In this document: positions 50,269 through 60,955 of the stretch, piece by piece
Layout of the letters: every line of letters starts with the position of its first letter
Numbering within the stretch: position 1 is the first letter of the stretch
From: Syntrophales bacterium
GTDB lineage: Bacteria; Desulfobacterota; Syntrophia; Syntrophales; UBA2210
DNA length: 64,000 nucleotides
Assembly (NCBI GenBank): GCA_963662405.2
Contig: CAXXKT010000003.1
Location: forward strand, 192,001 to 256,000
Reading direction: 5' to 3'
Made by a program: the position numbers and the translations under genes
The notes under the pieces: generated by a model
The model's input: the letters and a program-made list of their open reading frames with translations, nothing else
What the model was told of the DNA's origin: nothing
The model's database searches: none

Positions 50269-51669
50269 ATGAAGATAAAGACGATTTTGGTTGCCGATGA
50301 TGACGCGTCGATGAGGATGCTCCTTTCCGATTTCCTGCGGGAGTGCGGGTACCGGGTGGAGACCTCGGAGAGTGGCTCCGATGCCCTGAAAAAATTTCAG
50401 AAGGATCCCTGTGACATGGTTCTTACCGACATGAAAATGCCGGGGGGAGATGGGATAGAGGTCTTGCGGGGTATCAAGACGACCGCTTCCGAAGTCCCGG
50501 TTGTGGTCATGACCGCTTTCGGAACGGTCAATACCGCCGTTGAAGCGATGAAGGAAGGGGCGGAAGACTTCATCATGAAGCCCTTTTCGATGGATCATCT
50601 GGCCGCGGTGGTGAAGAGGATCATCTCCACGCAAAATGGGGGAGAAGGGGAAAAGGGGAGGGGGGAGCTTTGCTCAGGTTCTGTGTCCGGGACCAAGAGA
50701 ATCGTTACCCGGGATCAACGAATGACGAAGCTGCTGGAGATCTTGAGGGGGGTGTCCCGGAGTCGGTCGAGTGTCCTGATACAGGGTGAGAGCGGCACGG
50801 GGAAGGAATTGATTGCGCGTTACATACATCGCCACGGTGACCGGGCGCATATGCCCTTTGTGGGGGTCAATTGTGCTGCCATCCCGCATAATCTTCTCGA
50901 AAGTGAGATGTTCGGACATGAAAAAGGCGCCTTCACGGGTGCGGCACAGAGGAGACCGGGCAAATTCGAATTGGCCAACGGCGGAACGCTGCTCCTGGAT
51001 GAGATCGGTGAGATGGACTTGCAGCTTCAGGCAAAGCTCCTCCGGGTTATACAGGAATCCGAAATCGACAGATTGGGGGGAACCGCCCCGGTGCCCGTCG
51101 ATGTCAGGATCATTGCCACGACAAATGCCGATCTGAAAAAGTGCATGGAAGAAAAGACCTTTCGCGTCGATCTCTACTATCGTCTGAATGTCATACCGGT
51201 CACGGTTCCCCCTCTGCGTGAAAGGAGCGGGGACATACACCTTCTCACTGACCATTTTCTGAAAAAGTACAGCGGTCTTGCCGGGGTGGAGCCGCCCCCG
51301 GTTCCGGAGGAGATCGCCGGCATACTGGAAGGACATCAGTGGCCGGGCAATGTACGGGAACTGGAGCATGTAATCGAGCGCGCCGTCCTTCTCTCCGGTG
51401 GTGGTCCGATCCTTCCGGAGCATCTTTTCCTGGAAGGAGGAGCGATCAGCCGTCCGCCGGGAGCGACACCGAATCAAGATATCTCGGAGAGTACCACCCT
51501 GAGAGAGATGGAAAAGGATCTTATCTTCAGGACCCTGGAACGGGAAAACGGAAACCGGACCAGGGCGTCGGAAATCCTGGGTGTCAGCGTCAGGACCATC
51601 CGCAATAAGCTCAATGAGTACCGGAGGGAAACAGAGGGGCACGATCGGGAATCGATAGCCGGTCCATAA
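50269..51669 (+). CDS. Sigma54-dependent response regulator (REC-AAA+-Fis HTH), likely flagellar activator
   Basis: VADDD, TDMKMP, GESGTGKE, GAFTGA, LLDEIGE, WPGNVREL, NRTRASEILG. Confidence 0.93.
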   Translation: MKIKTILVADDDASMRMLLSDFLRECGYRVETSESGSDALKKFQKDPCDMVLTDMKMPGGDGIEVLRGIKTTASEVPVVVMTAFGTVNTAVEAMKEGAEDFIMKPFSMDHLAAVVKRIISTQNGGEGEKGRGELCSGSVSGTKRIVTRDQRMTKLLEILRGVSRSRSSVLIQGESGTGKELIARYIHRHGDRAHMPFVGVNCAAIPHNLLESEMFGHEKGAFTGAAQRRPGKFELANGGTLLLDEIGEMDLQLQAKLLRVIQESEIDRLGGTAPVPVDVRIIATTNADLKKCMEEKTFRVDLYYRLNVIPVTVPPLRERSGDIHLLTDHFLKKYSGLAGVEPPPVPEEIAGILEGHQWPGNVRELEHVIERAVLLSGGGPILPEHLFLEGGAISRPPGATPNQDISESTTLREMEKDLIFRTLERENGNRTRASEILGVSVRTIRNKLNEYRRETEGHDRESIAGP

Positions 51670-51699
51670 GGGGAGCAACTCGTCTGTATCGTGTTTCTC

Positions 51700-51715
51700 T
51701 GGTACGGGCATTGCA
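51700..51715 (+). promoter_or_regulatory. Putative sigma54 promoter of the flgB operon
   Basis: TGGTAC-GGGCA-TTGCA, 39 bp before the ATG. Confidence 0.75.
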
Positions 51716-51753
51716 TGGAAAAGAACCATTACGGGAGACCAAGAGGAAGACAC

Positions 51754-52140
51754 ATGGAAGCACTTTTTGGAAAGACCGTCGATATGCTGTCTGCGGTTCT
51801 GGATTTTCGATCGGAACGGCATAAGGTGATCGCCTCGAATATCGTCAATATCGATACCCCGAACTACCGACCGCAGGATATCGTCTTCGGGGAGGAACTG
51901 AAAGAGGTGTTCGAGGCCGGAAAGGGGATGCACATGACCGGCGATGGCGGGAAGGGACACCTCTCCGGGAAGACCGTTGCCAAGGAGGGCAGTTATGAGA
52001 TTGTCGAGACCGGAGAGCAGGTCGATCTCGATGGTGAGATGGCGAAACTGGCGGAAAATAACCTGATGTATAATCTTGCCGTGGAGCTTTTGGCAAGAAA
52101 ATTCAAAGGTCTCAACACCGTTTTGAGGGAGGCTAAGTAA
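51754..52140 (+). CDS. flgB: Basal-body rod protein FlgB
   Basis: RHKVIASNIVNIDTPNYRPQD, VDLDGEMAKLAENNLMY. Confidence 0.93.
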   Translation: MEALFGKTVDMLSAVLDFRSERHKVIASNIVNIDTPNYRPQDIVFGEELKEVFEAGKGMHMTGDGGKGHLSGKTVAKEGSYEIVETGEQVDLDGEMAKLAENNLMYNLAVELLARKFKGLNTVLREAK

Positions 52141-52141
52141 A

Positions 52142-52555
52142 ATGGAATTTCTTTCGGCTTTTAAGGTCTGTGCATCGGGGCTCGCGGCCCAGAGAACGAA
52201 GATGGATGTCGTTGTCTCGAACCTCGCCAATGTCAACACGACACGGACGGCGGAGGGAGGGGCCTACAAGAGAAAGGTGGCCGTCTTCGCCTCGAAACCG
52301 GTCGAGGAGAGTTTTGACGATACCATGCAGATGGTCACGGTGGCTCATATCGCAGAGGATGCGGGGAGCGTCAAGAAGATCTTTGATCCGACCCACCCCG
52401 ATGCAAACGACAAGGGGATCGTGGAGATGCCCGACATCAACACGGTTACCGAGATGGCCGATATGCTGACGGCCAACAGGGCATATGAGGCCTGTGTCAC
52501 CGCCTTCGATGCGACGAAAAATATGGCACTCAAGACACTGGAACTGGGCAAGTAA
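52142..52555 (+). CDS. flgC: Basal-body rod protein FlgC
   Basis: SGLAAQRTKMDVVVSNLAN, DPTHPDA, ANRAYEA. Confidence 0.95.
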   Translation: MEFLSAFKVCASGLAAQRTKMDVVVSNLANVNTTRTAEGGAYKRKVAVFASKPVEESFDDTMQMVTVAHIAEDAGSVKKIFDPTHPDANDKGIVEMPDINTVTEMADMLTANRAYEACVTAFDATKNMALKTLELGK

Positions 52556-52567
52556 GGGGGGCGTATC

Positions 52568-52870
52568 ATGAGTAACTTGTCGATTCAGGGCGGCCTGACA
52601 TCCTTTGCCTCAGAACTTTTCAAGGAAAACGAAGACGTCAAGGAAAAGGGGAACTCCTTTGGCGCTCTCCTGCGCAGCAAGGTTGAAGAAGTCAACCAGA
52701 TGAAACTGGATGCCGATAAAGCCGTTGAAAAGGTCGAACTCGGCAACTCGGGGAGCATCCATGAGGCGATGATCGCCCTGGAAAAGGCGGATATTTCCTT
52801 TCGGACGATGCTCCAGGTGAGAAACAGGATACTGGAAGCCTACCAAGAAGTCATGCGGATGCAGGTGTAA
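52568..52870 (+). CDS. fliE: Hook-basal body protein FliE
   Basis: HEAMIALEKA..QVRNRILEAYQEVMRMQV. Confidence 0.95.
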   Translation: MSNLSIQGGLTSFASELFKENEDVKEKGNSFGALLRSKVEEVNQMKLDADKAVEKVELGNSGSIHEAMIALEKADISFRTMLQVRNRILEAYQEVMRMQV

Positions 52871-52891
52871 TCCCTGCCTGGAGAGGATGGT

Positions 52892-54490
52892 ATGAGTTCA
52901 GCGATTCAGTTTTTTTCTCAATTGGGGAGGCTTTTTAGCGCTTTGACGCCCGGAAAACGGGTATCTCTTATCGGTGTCGCCATCGTTGTCCTGATCAGTA
53001 TCGGGATATTCGTTGTATCGGTCAATCAGAAGGAATACCGGACGCTCTTTTCCAACCTTTCCGCGGAAGATGCGGGGGGAATCGTTGCCCGGCTGCAGGA
53101 GAAGAAGATCCCGTACAAGGTGTCCCGTTCGGGTGATGCCGTTCTGGTTCCCGAAGAACACATCTCCGAATTGCGGATCGACCTGGCGGTCTCGGGGCTT
53201 CCCCGTGGTGGTGGGGTCGGCTTCGAGATATTTGACAACAAGAATTTCGGTGTCACCGACTTTGTGCAGCAACTCAACTACCAGCGGGCGCTTCAGGGGG
53301 AATTGACCCGTACGATCAACGGCCTGGATGAGGTCCAGCAGAGCAGGGTTCACATTGTCCTTCCACGGCAATCACTCTTTGTCGAGGAGCAGGAGCGCCC
53401 GACGGCATCCGTTATTATCAAGCCGCGGGCCGGGAGAAACCTTCGTCCATCGCAGGTAGAGGGAATCGTCGCTCTTGTTTCCAGCAGTGTCGAGGGGCTC
53501 CTCCCTGAAGGGGTCATGGTGGTGGACAGCAGCGGGAACATCCTGTCAACGGTCAGGGCCACCGACGAATCGTCCTTTTCGAAGCGGGCGTCTTCGCAGA
53601 TCGAATACCAAAGGGGGATAGAAAAAGACCTGGCCAACCGTATCCAGTCGATGCTGGGGAAGGTTGTCGGCGAGGGGAAGGTCGTGGCAAAGGTCTCGGC
53701 GGCACTCGATTTCAGTGTGGTGGAGAAGACGGAAGAGGCCTACGATCCCGAAGAACCGGTGGTGAGAAGCATGCGCCGCAAGAGTCAGAAATCAGGTGTT
53801 CCGGGGGCCTGGGGTGAGAGTACGGTTTCGCCCACGGGTGGAGGCGATGTATCCTCCCGGATGGGGCGCGAAGAGACGAACGAGGTGATCAACTATGAGA
53901 TAAACCGCGTTGTCAGCAAGACGGTCATGCCGGTGGGTGAGGTGGAAAAACTGTCCGTCGCCGTACTGGTGGATGGTATATACAGCAAGGATGACAAGGG
54001 GGGCGAAGAATTCCAGCCGCGGTCCGGGGAGGAACTCAAGACCCTTGAAATTCTCGTGAAGAAATCGGTCGGTTTTGATGCGGCGAGGGGGGACCAGGTC
54101 GCTGTCACCAGTATCCCGTTCAGGAAGCTGGATCTCGGCATGGATGGGTCCACCCCTCCCGAGGAAGGACTTCGGGCAATACTGTCTTCGGCCATACCGG
54201 CGATAAAGTATATGATATCACTGGTCGCCCTGTTGCTTGTCCTCTTTCTTGCCTTGCGTCCTTTGGTTAAGTCTCTCTCATCAGAGGGGGGCGGAGACGA
54301 TGCCGCGGTCAGGAGATTGCCCGCCGTGAGTGCCGGTGACGCCCAGTTGGAAAATACCGGTGCGTGGTTGGAGGGGGGTGCTGTAACGCCCGCGCTGAGC
54401 GATGGGCTCGATACGATAGAAGGTATGAGGAACCTGGCCGTCCAGGATGCCCGTCAGTTTGCCGATCTGTTGAAGGTGTGGCTCCGGTAA
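52892..54490 (+). CDS. fliF: MS-ring protein FliF
   Basis: LFSNLSAEDAG, GLPRGGGVGFEIFD, YQRALQGELTRTI, NYEI. Confidence 0.95.
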   Translation: MSSAIQFFSQLGRLFSALTPGKRVSLIGVAIVVLISIGIFVVSVNQKEYRTLFSNLSAEDAGGIVARLQEKKIPYKVSRSGDAVLVPEEHISELRIDLAVSGLPRGGGVGFEIFDNKNFGVTDFVQQLNYQRALQGELTRTINGLDEVQQSRVHIVLPRQSLFVEEQERPTASVIIKPRAGRNLRPSQVEGIVALVSSSVEGLLPEGVMVVDSSGNILSTVRATDESSFSKRASSQIEYQRGIEKDLANRIQSMLGKVVGEGKVVAKVSAALDFSVVEKTEEAYDPEEPVVRSMRRKSQKSGVPGAWGESTVSPTGGGDVSSRMGREETNEVINYEINRVVSKTVMPVGEVEKLSVAVLVDGIYSKDDKGGEEFQPRSGEELKTLEILVKKSVGFDAARGDQVAVTSIPFRKLDLGMDGSTPPEEGLRAILSSAIPAIKYMISLVALLLVLFLALRPLVKSLSSEGGGDDAAVRRLPAVSAGDAQLENTGAWLEGGAVTPALSDGLDTIEGMRNLAVQDARQFADLLKVWLR

Positions 54491-54568
54491 CATCGATACC
54501 AAACGCGGCTCCTTGGGAAGATATCCCCGAGATGAGCCGAATCACGACAAAGGAGATGAATCGCGGAT

Positions 54569-55573
54569 ATGACAAACCACGAGAAGGCGGCGCTGGTTCT
54601 GATGTCCCTGGGGGAGGAGGCGGCGGCCGGTGTCATGAAAAATCTCGGAGCGGATGAAATCAGGCGTGTCGGGAAATGCATGAATAACATGATGGGGGCA
54701 TCCCAGGAAGATATCGAATACGCCGCCAAGGAATTCAGCCTCCTTGTCAAGGGGGACATCCAGGGGATCCCGGCGAGCCAGGAGGCGTATGTACAGAATG
54801 TCATCGTCAAGGCCCTTGGGGAGAGTAAGGGAAGAGAATTTATCAAGGCCATCGAAGGGGAAAGCTTCCTGTCCAGCGGCGGACCGATCATTGAAAAACT
54901 GCGGAATGCCAATCCGAAAGTCCTGGCCGATTTTACCAAAACGGAGCATCCGCAGACAATCGCCTTGATCCTGTCCTATCTGAGGCCCGAACAGGTGGCT
55001 GATATCCTGGAGGATCTTCCTCCCGACCGCCAGCAGAACATAATCAAGAGGATTGCGACGTTGGGGAGCGTTCCCCGTGAGTTTCTCGAAGAAATGACGA
55101 AAACGCTCGAATCGGAAGTGATCAGTGGAGGGGACAGCGAAGATCATGCCGGTGGGGTCCAGGTGATAGCGGAGATCCTGAACCGAATGAGCAGAGAGTC
55201 TGAAAAGGTGATTCTTGAATCGCTTGAGGAGACCGATCCGGACCTGGTGAACGATATCAGAAACCGCATGTTCACCTTTGATGACATCTTTACCCTGGAT
55301 GATCGGGCCATGCGAATCCTCCTGGAAGAGGTGGATCGTGAAGATCTTCCCTGCGCTCTCAAGGTCGTCGATGATGAAACGAAAGAGAAGATCTTCAGTA
55401 ACCTCTCCAAGCGTGCCGCCGAGATGCTCAGGGAAGATATTTCTCTGATGCCCCCCATACGGCTGTCGGAGGTGGAGAAGAGCCAGCGGGCGATTATCGA
55501 CGTTGCAAAGAGGCTGGAGAACGAAGAGAAGATAACCCTGGCGAAGAGCGGAGCACCGGATGAATTCGTATAG
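54569..55573 (+). CDS. fliG: Motor switch protein FliG
   Basis: EKAALVLMSLG, EHPQTIALILS, MFTFDD, NLSKRA. Confidence 0.95.
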   Translation: MTNHEKAALVLMSLGEEAAAGVMKNLGADEIRRVGKCMNNMMGASQEDIEYAAKEFSLLVKGDIQGIPASQEAYVQNVIVKALGESKGREFIKAIEGESFLSSGGPIIEKLRNANPKVLADFTKTEHPQTIALILSYLRPEQVADILEDLPPDRQQNIIKRIATLGSVPREFLEEMTKTLESEVISGGDSEDHAGGVQVIAEILNRMSRESEKVILESLEETDPDLVNDIRNRMFTFDDIFTLDDRAMRILLEEVDREDLPCALKVVDDETKEKIFSNLSKRAAEMLREDISLMPPIRLSEVEKSQRAIIDVAKRLENEEKITLAKSGAPDEFV

Positions 55574-56240
55574 TCGAATTATCAAGGCCCATGATGTCAA
55601 GTTGACGGACCTGCACGGGGAATCAGCGAACGGATTTGTGCGGGGTCTGGGCACCCCGCCTCCGCCGGCGGATGAAGAGAAGGAGAGAGAAAAGCGGCCG
55701 GAAGAGAAACCGGTCGTTTCAGCTGAAGAGATTGCCGGGAGGGAAGCGGCGGAGAGGAAGGCCGCGGAAAAAAAGGCCCATGATGGTTTGATCGAGGAAC
55801 TGGAACGAGACAGGCGCAGCCTGTCCGTGGCCTCGGAATCCGTCGCGAAACTGACGAAAGAAGTTGTGTCCTTTAAGGAAAAAATCTTGGCCGGTGCCGA
55901 AAGGGAGATACTCGACCTTGCCTTTTTGATAGCCGCAAAGGTGATACACAAGGAAGTGAGTATTGACGAAGAGGTCATCCTCTCCGTCCTGAGAGACGCG
56001 ATGAGAACCATGCGGGGAAGGGATGATATCAGGATCAGGATCAATCCCGAAGACTACCGGCATATAACGGAGACCAACCCTGATTTTCTCGGAAGTTACG
56101 GCGAGATCCTGATTGAGAGGGACGAAACGATCGGTCGCGGAGGGGCGGTACTCGAGACACAGGCGGGGGTAGTGGATGCCAGGCTGGATCGGCAGCTGGA
56201 TAAGGTCAGGGATACACTGTATGACGAACATCGATTTTAA
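55560..56240 (+). CDS. fliH: Export protein FliH
   Basis: Between fliG and fliI; IRINPED, GGAVLETQAGVVDA. Confidence 0.85.
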   Translation: MNSYSRIIKAHDVKLTDLHGESANGFVRGLGTPPPPADEEKEREKRPEEKPVVSAEEIAGREAAERKAAEKKAHDGLIEELERDRRSLSVASESVAKLTKEVVSFKEKILAGAEREILDLAFLIAAKVIHKEVSIDEEVILSVLRDAMRTMRGRDDIRIRINPEDYRHITETNPDFLGSYGEILIERDETIGRGGAVLETQAGVVDARLDRQLDKVRDTLYDEHRF

Positions 56241-57549
56241 AAAGTATCAGAAGATCGTTGCCGGTATCAATCCGTTCAATTCCTATGGAAAGGTAAGCGG
56301 TGTTATCGGTCTTCTGGTGGAAGGGCACAATCCTGAGGCCTCCATCGGTGAGATGTGCCGGGTGTATCCGGATGGTGATGAAACACGCGAAACCGCCTCT
56401 CTCCCGGCGGAAGTGGTCGGGTTCAGGAAAGAAAACGTTCTTCTCATGCCCTTCGGCGATCTCGACGGCGTGGGGCCCGGTTGCAGGATCCTCTCCACGG
56501 GGAAAAAATCGAATGTCCGGGTGGGGAACGCGCTCCTGGGGCGGGTCATTGACGGTCGTGGTAACCCGATCGATGACGAAGGACCGATAGAGACGGAAAG
56601 CGAATACCCGGTGTATGCCGATCCGATCAATCCCCTGAAAAGGAGCCGGATAAAAGAGCCGATGGACCTTGGAATCAGGGCCGTCAATGGTCTGTTCAGT
56701 TGCGGCAAAGGTCAGAGAATGGGGATCTTTTCGGGATCAGGGGTCGGCAAGAGTGTCCTCCTCGGTATGATCGCCCGGAACACGAGGGCAGATATCAACG
56801 TGATCGGTCTTGTCGGTGAGCGGGGAAGAGAGGTCCGTGAATTCATCGAGAACAGCCTTGGAAAAGAGGGGCTGGCTCGCTCCGTTCTCGTCGTGGCCAC
56901 ATCCGACATGCACCCCCTGATCAGAATGCGGGCGGCGTATGTGGCGACCGCAATTGCCGAATATTTCAGAGATCAGGGGATGGATGTCCTTCTGATGGTC
57001 GACTCCCTGACCCGGTTTGCCATGGCCCAGCGGGAGGTTGGCCTCTCCGTGGGAGAGCCCCCGACGACGAAGGGATATACGCCGTCGGTTTTCAGCCTCA
57101 TGCCGAAGCTCTTGGAGCGTGCGGGGAGCGTTGAGGAAAACGGCAGTATCACCGGCCTGTATACGGTTCTTGTGGAGGGGGATGATTTTAATGAACCGGT
57201 CGCCGATGCGGCGCGTTCGATCCTGGACGGTCATATTACCCTTTCTCGCGATCTGGCCGCCCGCAATCATTACCCCGCGATCAATATCCTGAACAGCAGA
57301 AGCCGGGTCATGATCGATATCGTGGATAAAGATCATCGGAAGCGGGCCAGTGATGTCATCAATGCCGTGGCGACCTATCGAAAAGCGGAAGATATGATCA
57401 ATATCGGCGCCTATGTGGAAGGGAGCAATCCTGAGATAGATAAGGCGATCCGCATGAGGGAAAGGATCAATGCTTTTTTGATGCAGGATATCCATGAAAA
57501 GGTCGGTTTCGAGGAGGGGAGGGCACAGCTTCTCGCCCTCTTTGAGTGA
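56221..57549 (+). CDS. fliI: Export ATPase FliI
   Basis: GIFSGSGVGKS, GERGREV, DSLTRFAMAQRE, GEPPTTKGY. Confidence 0.96.
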   Translation: MTNIDFKKYQKIVAGINPFNSYGKVSGVIGLLVEGHNPEASIGEMCRVYPDGDETRETASLPAEVVGFRKENVLLMPFGDLDGVGPGCRILSTGKKSNVRVGNALLGRVIDGRGNPIDDEGPIETESEYPVYADPINPLKRSRIKEPMDLGIRAVNGLFSCGKGQRMGIFSGSGVGKSVLLGMIARNTRADINVIGLVGERGREVREFIENSLGKEGLARSVLVVATSDMHPLIRMRAAYVATAIAEYFRDQGMDVLLMVDSLTRFAMAQREVGLSVGEPPTTKGYTPSVFSLMPKLLERAGSVEENGSITGLYTVLVEGDDFNEPVADAARSILDGHITLSRDLAARNHYPAINILNSRSRVMIDIVDKDHRKRASDVINAVATYRKAEDMINIGAYVEGSNPEIDKAIRMRERINAFLMQDIHEKVGFEEGRAQLLALFE

Positions 57550-57581
57550 GTACAGGGTGTATTTGTCCGAAGGGAGTATCT

Positions 57582-58046
57582 ATGTTTCACTTCAAGTTGC
57601 AGGCCGTTTTGGATTATCGAAAGCTCTTGGAAGAAAAGTTGATGTTTGAATGTGCGGAGGCCAAGAGACGCCTCGACGATGAGAAAGAGACATTACAGCG
57701 GATGCGCAGAGAGGTTTCGGACTTGGTCCTTCAGTTGAAATCCAGGGGCGAACGCCGGTTAAGCGCACCCGACGTTTCTTTTTACCTCTCCTACATTAAT
57801 CATTTGAAAGGAGAGGGCCGCCGTCAGGAAGGGGTTGTCTCCCGTATCGGTGAAAAACTGGAAAAGAAACGGATGGAACTTGCCGAAGCAGCGGGGAACA
57901 GAAGGGTCCTGGAGATCATGAGAGAGAAGCGGTTCCGGGAGTACAAGACATGCGTAAACGATAGAGAGCAGAAAGAGCTGGACGAGGCGGCAGTCTTGCG
58001 ATCCGGCGGGGGTGAATACCGTGAAGAAGCTGATTCGTACCTGTGA
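57582..58046 (+). CDS. fliJ: Export protein FliJ
   Basis: MFHFKLQAVLDYRK..EQKELDE. Confidence 0.9.
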   Translation: MFHFKLQAVLDYRKLLEEKLMFECAEAKRRLDDEKETLQRMRREVSDLVLQLKSRGERRLSAPDVSFYLSYINHLKGEGRRQEGVVSRIGEKLEKKRMELAEAAGNRRVLEIMREKRFREYKTCVNDREQKELDEAAVLRSGGGEYREEADSYL

Positions 58047-58623
58047 GATCTTGATCGCCATCCTTTTCCTGGCAAAGATTGCCGTGGTGGGAGGCGTTAT
58101 AACGAATTCAGAGATCCCCGGCTTGTTTCTTCCCGTTCGGCAGGCAGCGGCGGACTCGCAGGTCCCGCTCTCTTCCCCGGTTTCTCCGGTGAAAGATGTA
58201 TTCGAGGACGACCTGTCGGAAGAACGGAAACTCCTCTCTTCACTTCAGGCGCGGCAGGAGGGGCTCGATAAGCGTGAGGAGTTCCTGCGATCCGAGGAGA
58301 AGAGGCTCCAAAAACTGAAGGGAGAGATACTTTCAAAGATTGAGAAGCTGGAGGAAACAGAACACCGCCTGCAGGCACTTCTCGATGCGGCGGAACAGAT
58401 GAAGGCTGAAAAGTACCGGAGTATGGCGAAGGTGTACGAATCAGCCCCCCCTGCCCGGGCGGGCTCCATGTTGGAGAAACTCGACAGCCGGACGGCAGCG
58501 ACGATTATCATGAACATGAAAAGCAAATATGCCGGGGTAGTCCTGGGGTATATCGAGCCGAATAAATCCGTCGCAATCACCAAAGAGATTACCAAAGAGA
58601 CAACCAAAACCACGGCCCCATAA
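58021..58623 (+). CDS. MotE / MgtE-N-terminal-like flagellar motility protein
   Basis: TM + coiled coil + MAKVYES..AGSMLEKLD..IIMNMK. Confidence 0.75.
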   Translation: MKKLIRTCEILIAILFLAKIAVVGGVITNSEIPGLFLPVRQAAADSQVPLSSPVSPVKDVFEDDLSEERKLLSSLQARQEGLDKREEFLRSEEKRLQKLKGEILSKIEKLEETEHRLQALLDAAEQMKAEKYRSMAKVYESAPPARAGSMLEKLDSRTAATIIMNMKSKYAGVVLGYIEPNKSVAITKEITKETTKTTAP

Positions 58624-58778
58624 CCGAGGATCGGTCTCCTTCGATCCTTTTATTCTTCGCACGGATGAATAGGCATTTCTTGCGACTCACTCGGCAATCT
58701 TTGCCCAACCCCCTGGTCCTTTCCCGCCCACACCTTTGTAAGCCACTGATAATCAAAGATATTTATAGAAAGAATTGA

Positions 58779-58794
58779 TGGTATACCTCTTGCT
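58779..58794 (+). promoter_or_regulatory. Putative sigma54 promoter of fliK-flgD-flgE
   Basis: TGGTAT-ACCTC-TTGCT. Confidence 0.7.
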
Positions 58795-58931
58795 CTTCCC
58801 CCTTACAGGACAGTGAGCCCGGTCAGATGGCCGGTGATGTCTGTAAGGAGGAAGAGGGTGCCCAGAAGGATGAGGCACAGATCGACGAGATGATAATAAC
58901 CACCTAATCGTATACGGAGTGGGGTGTTTCG

Positions 58932-60914
58932 GTGACAACAGGACTCAACGCAATACAGTACGGACAGGAAGTCGATCCGGGAAATGGATCCCGGCAATCG
59001 CGCACGGGGAGTGCCGTCGATGGGACCGGAGACCTCCTTCCTTTTGCCTGTATCATGGACACCGCCCAGGGCATGTCCTCCCGGAATGAGGGGAAGATCA
59101 ACGGCAATTCCTCCGGCGAAGATGGACTCAAGGGGTCTTTCGGTCGGGAAGGAAACTGTGCGGTCCGCACGGGGACTTCCCCGGAGGCCGGGGGAAAAAC
59201 GATCCCTTTGATCTCAGGGAACGATGCATCTCCTGCTGAATCCTCACCCGAGACCGGACCGAAGGTCACCGTAACCCAGGGTCAACTCGCCCTGCATGCC
59301 CCAGGGGAGAAGGCGGGACTGACAGGCGAATCGGTCTCCGGCACCCCTGCTATTCTATCGCAGGGAGCGGATGTCACGAAGGGAGGGCCGCTGGAAAAGG
59401 CGGTCTTATCAATAAACGCCGATCCCACACGGCGAAAAACCGCGTTTCTGAAATTCGATGCTCAAACGGAAGGCGCCCAACCGGTCTTGAAAGGAGTAAC
59501 TGTTCAAGAGAATGGTCTTGGCGATAAAGCAGAGGGAACGGGAAAGGCGTGTGCCTCCTCTGGAGTGCGGAACGTAAAATACGGTATGACGCCTCTGTCA
59601 CAGGAAAAGGGGGTATCGACCGGCGGCGCCACCACGATTCTACCAGAGAAGGTGGATATAACGGAGGGGGGGACGCGAAAAACGGTTTCATTGACACCGG
59701 CCGATCCGACAGAGCAGGGGGAGGGTGTCCTGAAGTCCGGGGTCCAAAAGGGAGATGTCCGGTCGGTATTGAACGGAATAGCTGTTCAAGAAAATGACGC
59801 CGGCGAGAAAACGGGGAAAGAAAAGGGTGCCGTTCCGGCGGGAGGAGATGGCGGTGATAAAACGAAGGCCGCTGCTTTTCGTATGGCGGAGCAACTCTCT
59901 GAATCTTCGAAGACCGATGTGAAGCAAAGGGCTTCGGAAAAGGGAGGAACCGCTCTTTCAGAGGGTACAACAGGTCCAACAACCGGATCCGGAAAGGGTC
60001 CTCCGGTGAGGGAGGATGCCCTGGGATCTTTGAAAACAACGGGGAAAGAGTCGGTTGCCGTGGCGAACGAGAAGATCTCTCGTGTCTTCAGCGAGATAAC
60101 CGAGACGGAAAGAGGCTCCCGTTCGGCCGGTAACAAGTCCGATCCGCTGGCATCAACCCTCCAGGGTGTGACTTCCGCAAAGAATAAAAATGGTATGGAG
60201 AAAAACGGTTCGGAAAAGGTTTCCTATTCCTTGGGCAAGGAAGAGGTAAAAGGGGATGGGGGAACCCGGATCAGCATGACAGGTGAAGGGACATCGGCCG
60301 GGCATGAACAGACGGGTGACAGGAGATTTGAAGAACGGACAGTTGACAGTGTGCAGCGGGGAATCTCCCGCTCAACATCTCCGTCACAGGAGCCCCCCCC
60401 TTCCGGGGGATATCAGCATGTCGCTTCTCTTGCCGGAGGAAAACAGGTGGTTACCGCCGACCCTGTCGAGATAACGCCCCGGGGGCTGATCAATCAGATC
60501 GTGGACGGCGCGAAGACATCCGGCAGGGTGAGAATCGTTCTCAATCCCCCCAGCCTCGGCACGCTGGATATGGATGTCCTGGTCAGGAACAACAAGGTGC
60601 ACGTCACCCTCCAGGCCGAAAATACTGATATAAAACAGATGCTTCAGTCAAGTATGGATAATTTGCGGACTGCTTTGCGAAGCCAGGGCTTGACCGTTGA
60701 TAGCATCCAGGTGCTCGCCCAGGAGAGATCGGACGGTGAAGGCTTCGGCTCCGGGCGGAACGATCTCTGGTCCGGAGAGGGAACCAATAGTGGAAACGGA
60801 AACGAGCGGGAGTGGTGCGGTGGAGAGGCCGATCTTTCGGACCCCGCTTCTTCGCTGTCGGAGGGAAAAACCCGGCAGGTCGCGCATAACGGCGCTTTGA
60901 ATGTCTTTGCATAA
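58932..60914 (+). CDS. fliK: Hook-length control protein FliK
   Basis: Long low-complexity N-terminus; C-terminal RIVLNPPSLGTLDM..LRTALRSQGL; precedes flgD. Confidence 0.88.
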   Translation: MTTGLNAIQYGQEVDPGNGSRQSRTGSAVDGTGDLLPFACIMDTAQGMSSRNEGKINGNSSGEDGLKGSFGREGNCAVRTGTSPEAGGKTIPLISGNDASPAESSPETGPKVTVTQGQLALHAPGEKAGLTGESVSGTPAILSQGADVTKGGPLEKAVLSINADPTRRKTAFLKFDAQTEGAQPVLKGVTVQENGLGDKAEGTGKACASSGVRNVKYGMTPLSQEKGVSTGGATTILPEKVDITEGGTRKTVSLTPADPTEQGEGVLKSGVQKGDVRSVLNGIAVQENDAGEKTGKEKGAVPAGGDGGDKTKAAAFRMAEQLSESSKTDVKQRASEKGGTALSEGTTGPTTGSGKGPPVREDALGSLKTTGKESVAVANEKISRVFSEITETERGSRSAGNKSDPLASTLQGVTSAKNKNGMEKNGSEKVSYSLGKEEVKGDGGTRISMTGEGTSAGHEQTGDRRFEERTVDSVQRGISRSTSPSQEPPPSGGYQHVASLAGGKQVVTADPVEITPRGLINQIVDGAKTSGRVRIVLNPPSLGTLDMDVLVRNNKVHVTLQAENTDIKQMLQSSMDNLRTALRSQGLTVDSIQVLAQERSDGEGFGSGRNDLWSGEGTNSGNGNEREWCGGEADLSDPASSLSEGKTRQVAHNGALNVFA

Positions 60915-60955
60915 GAACAGTACCGGCGCTGCCGGGGGACAGGAGGAAGAAGACA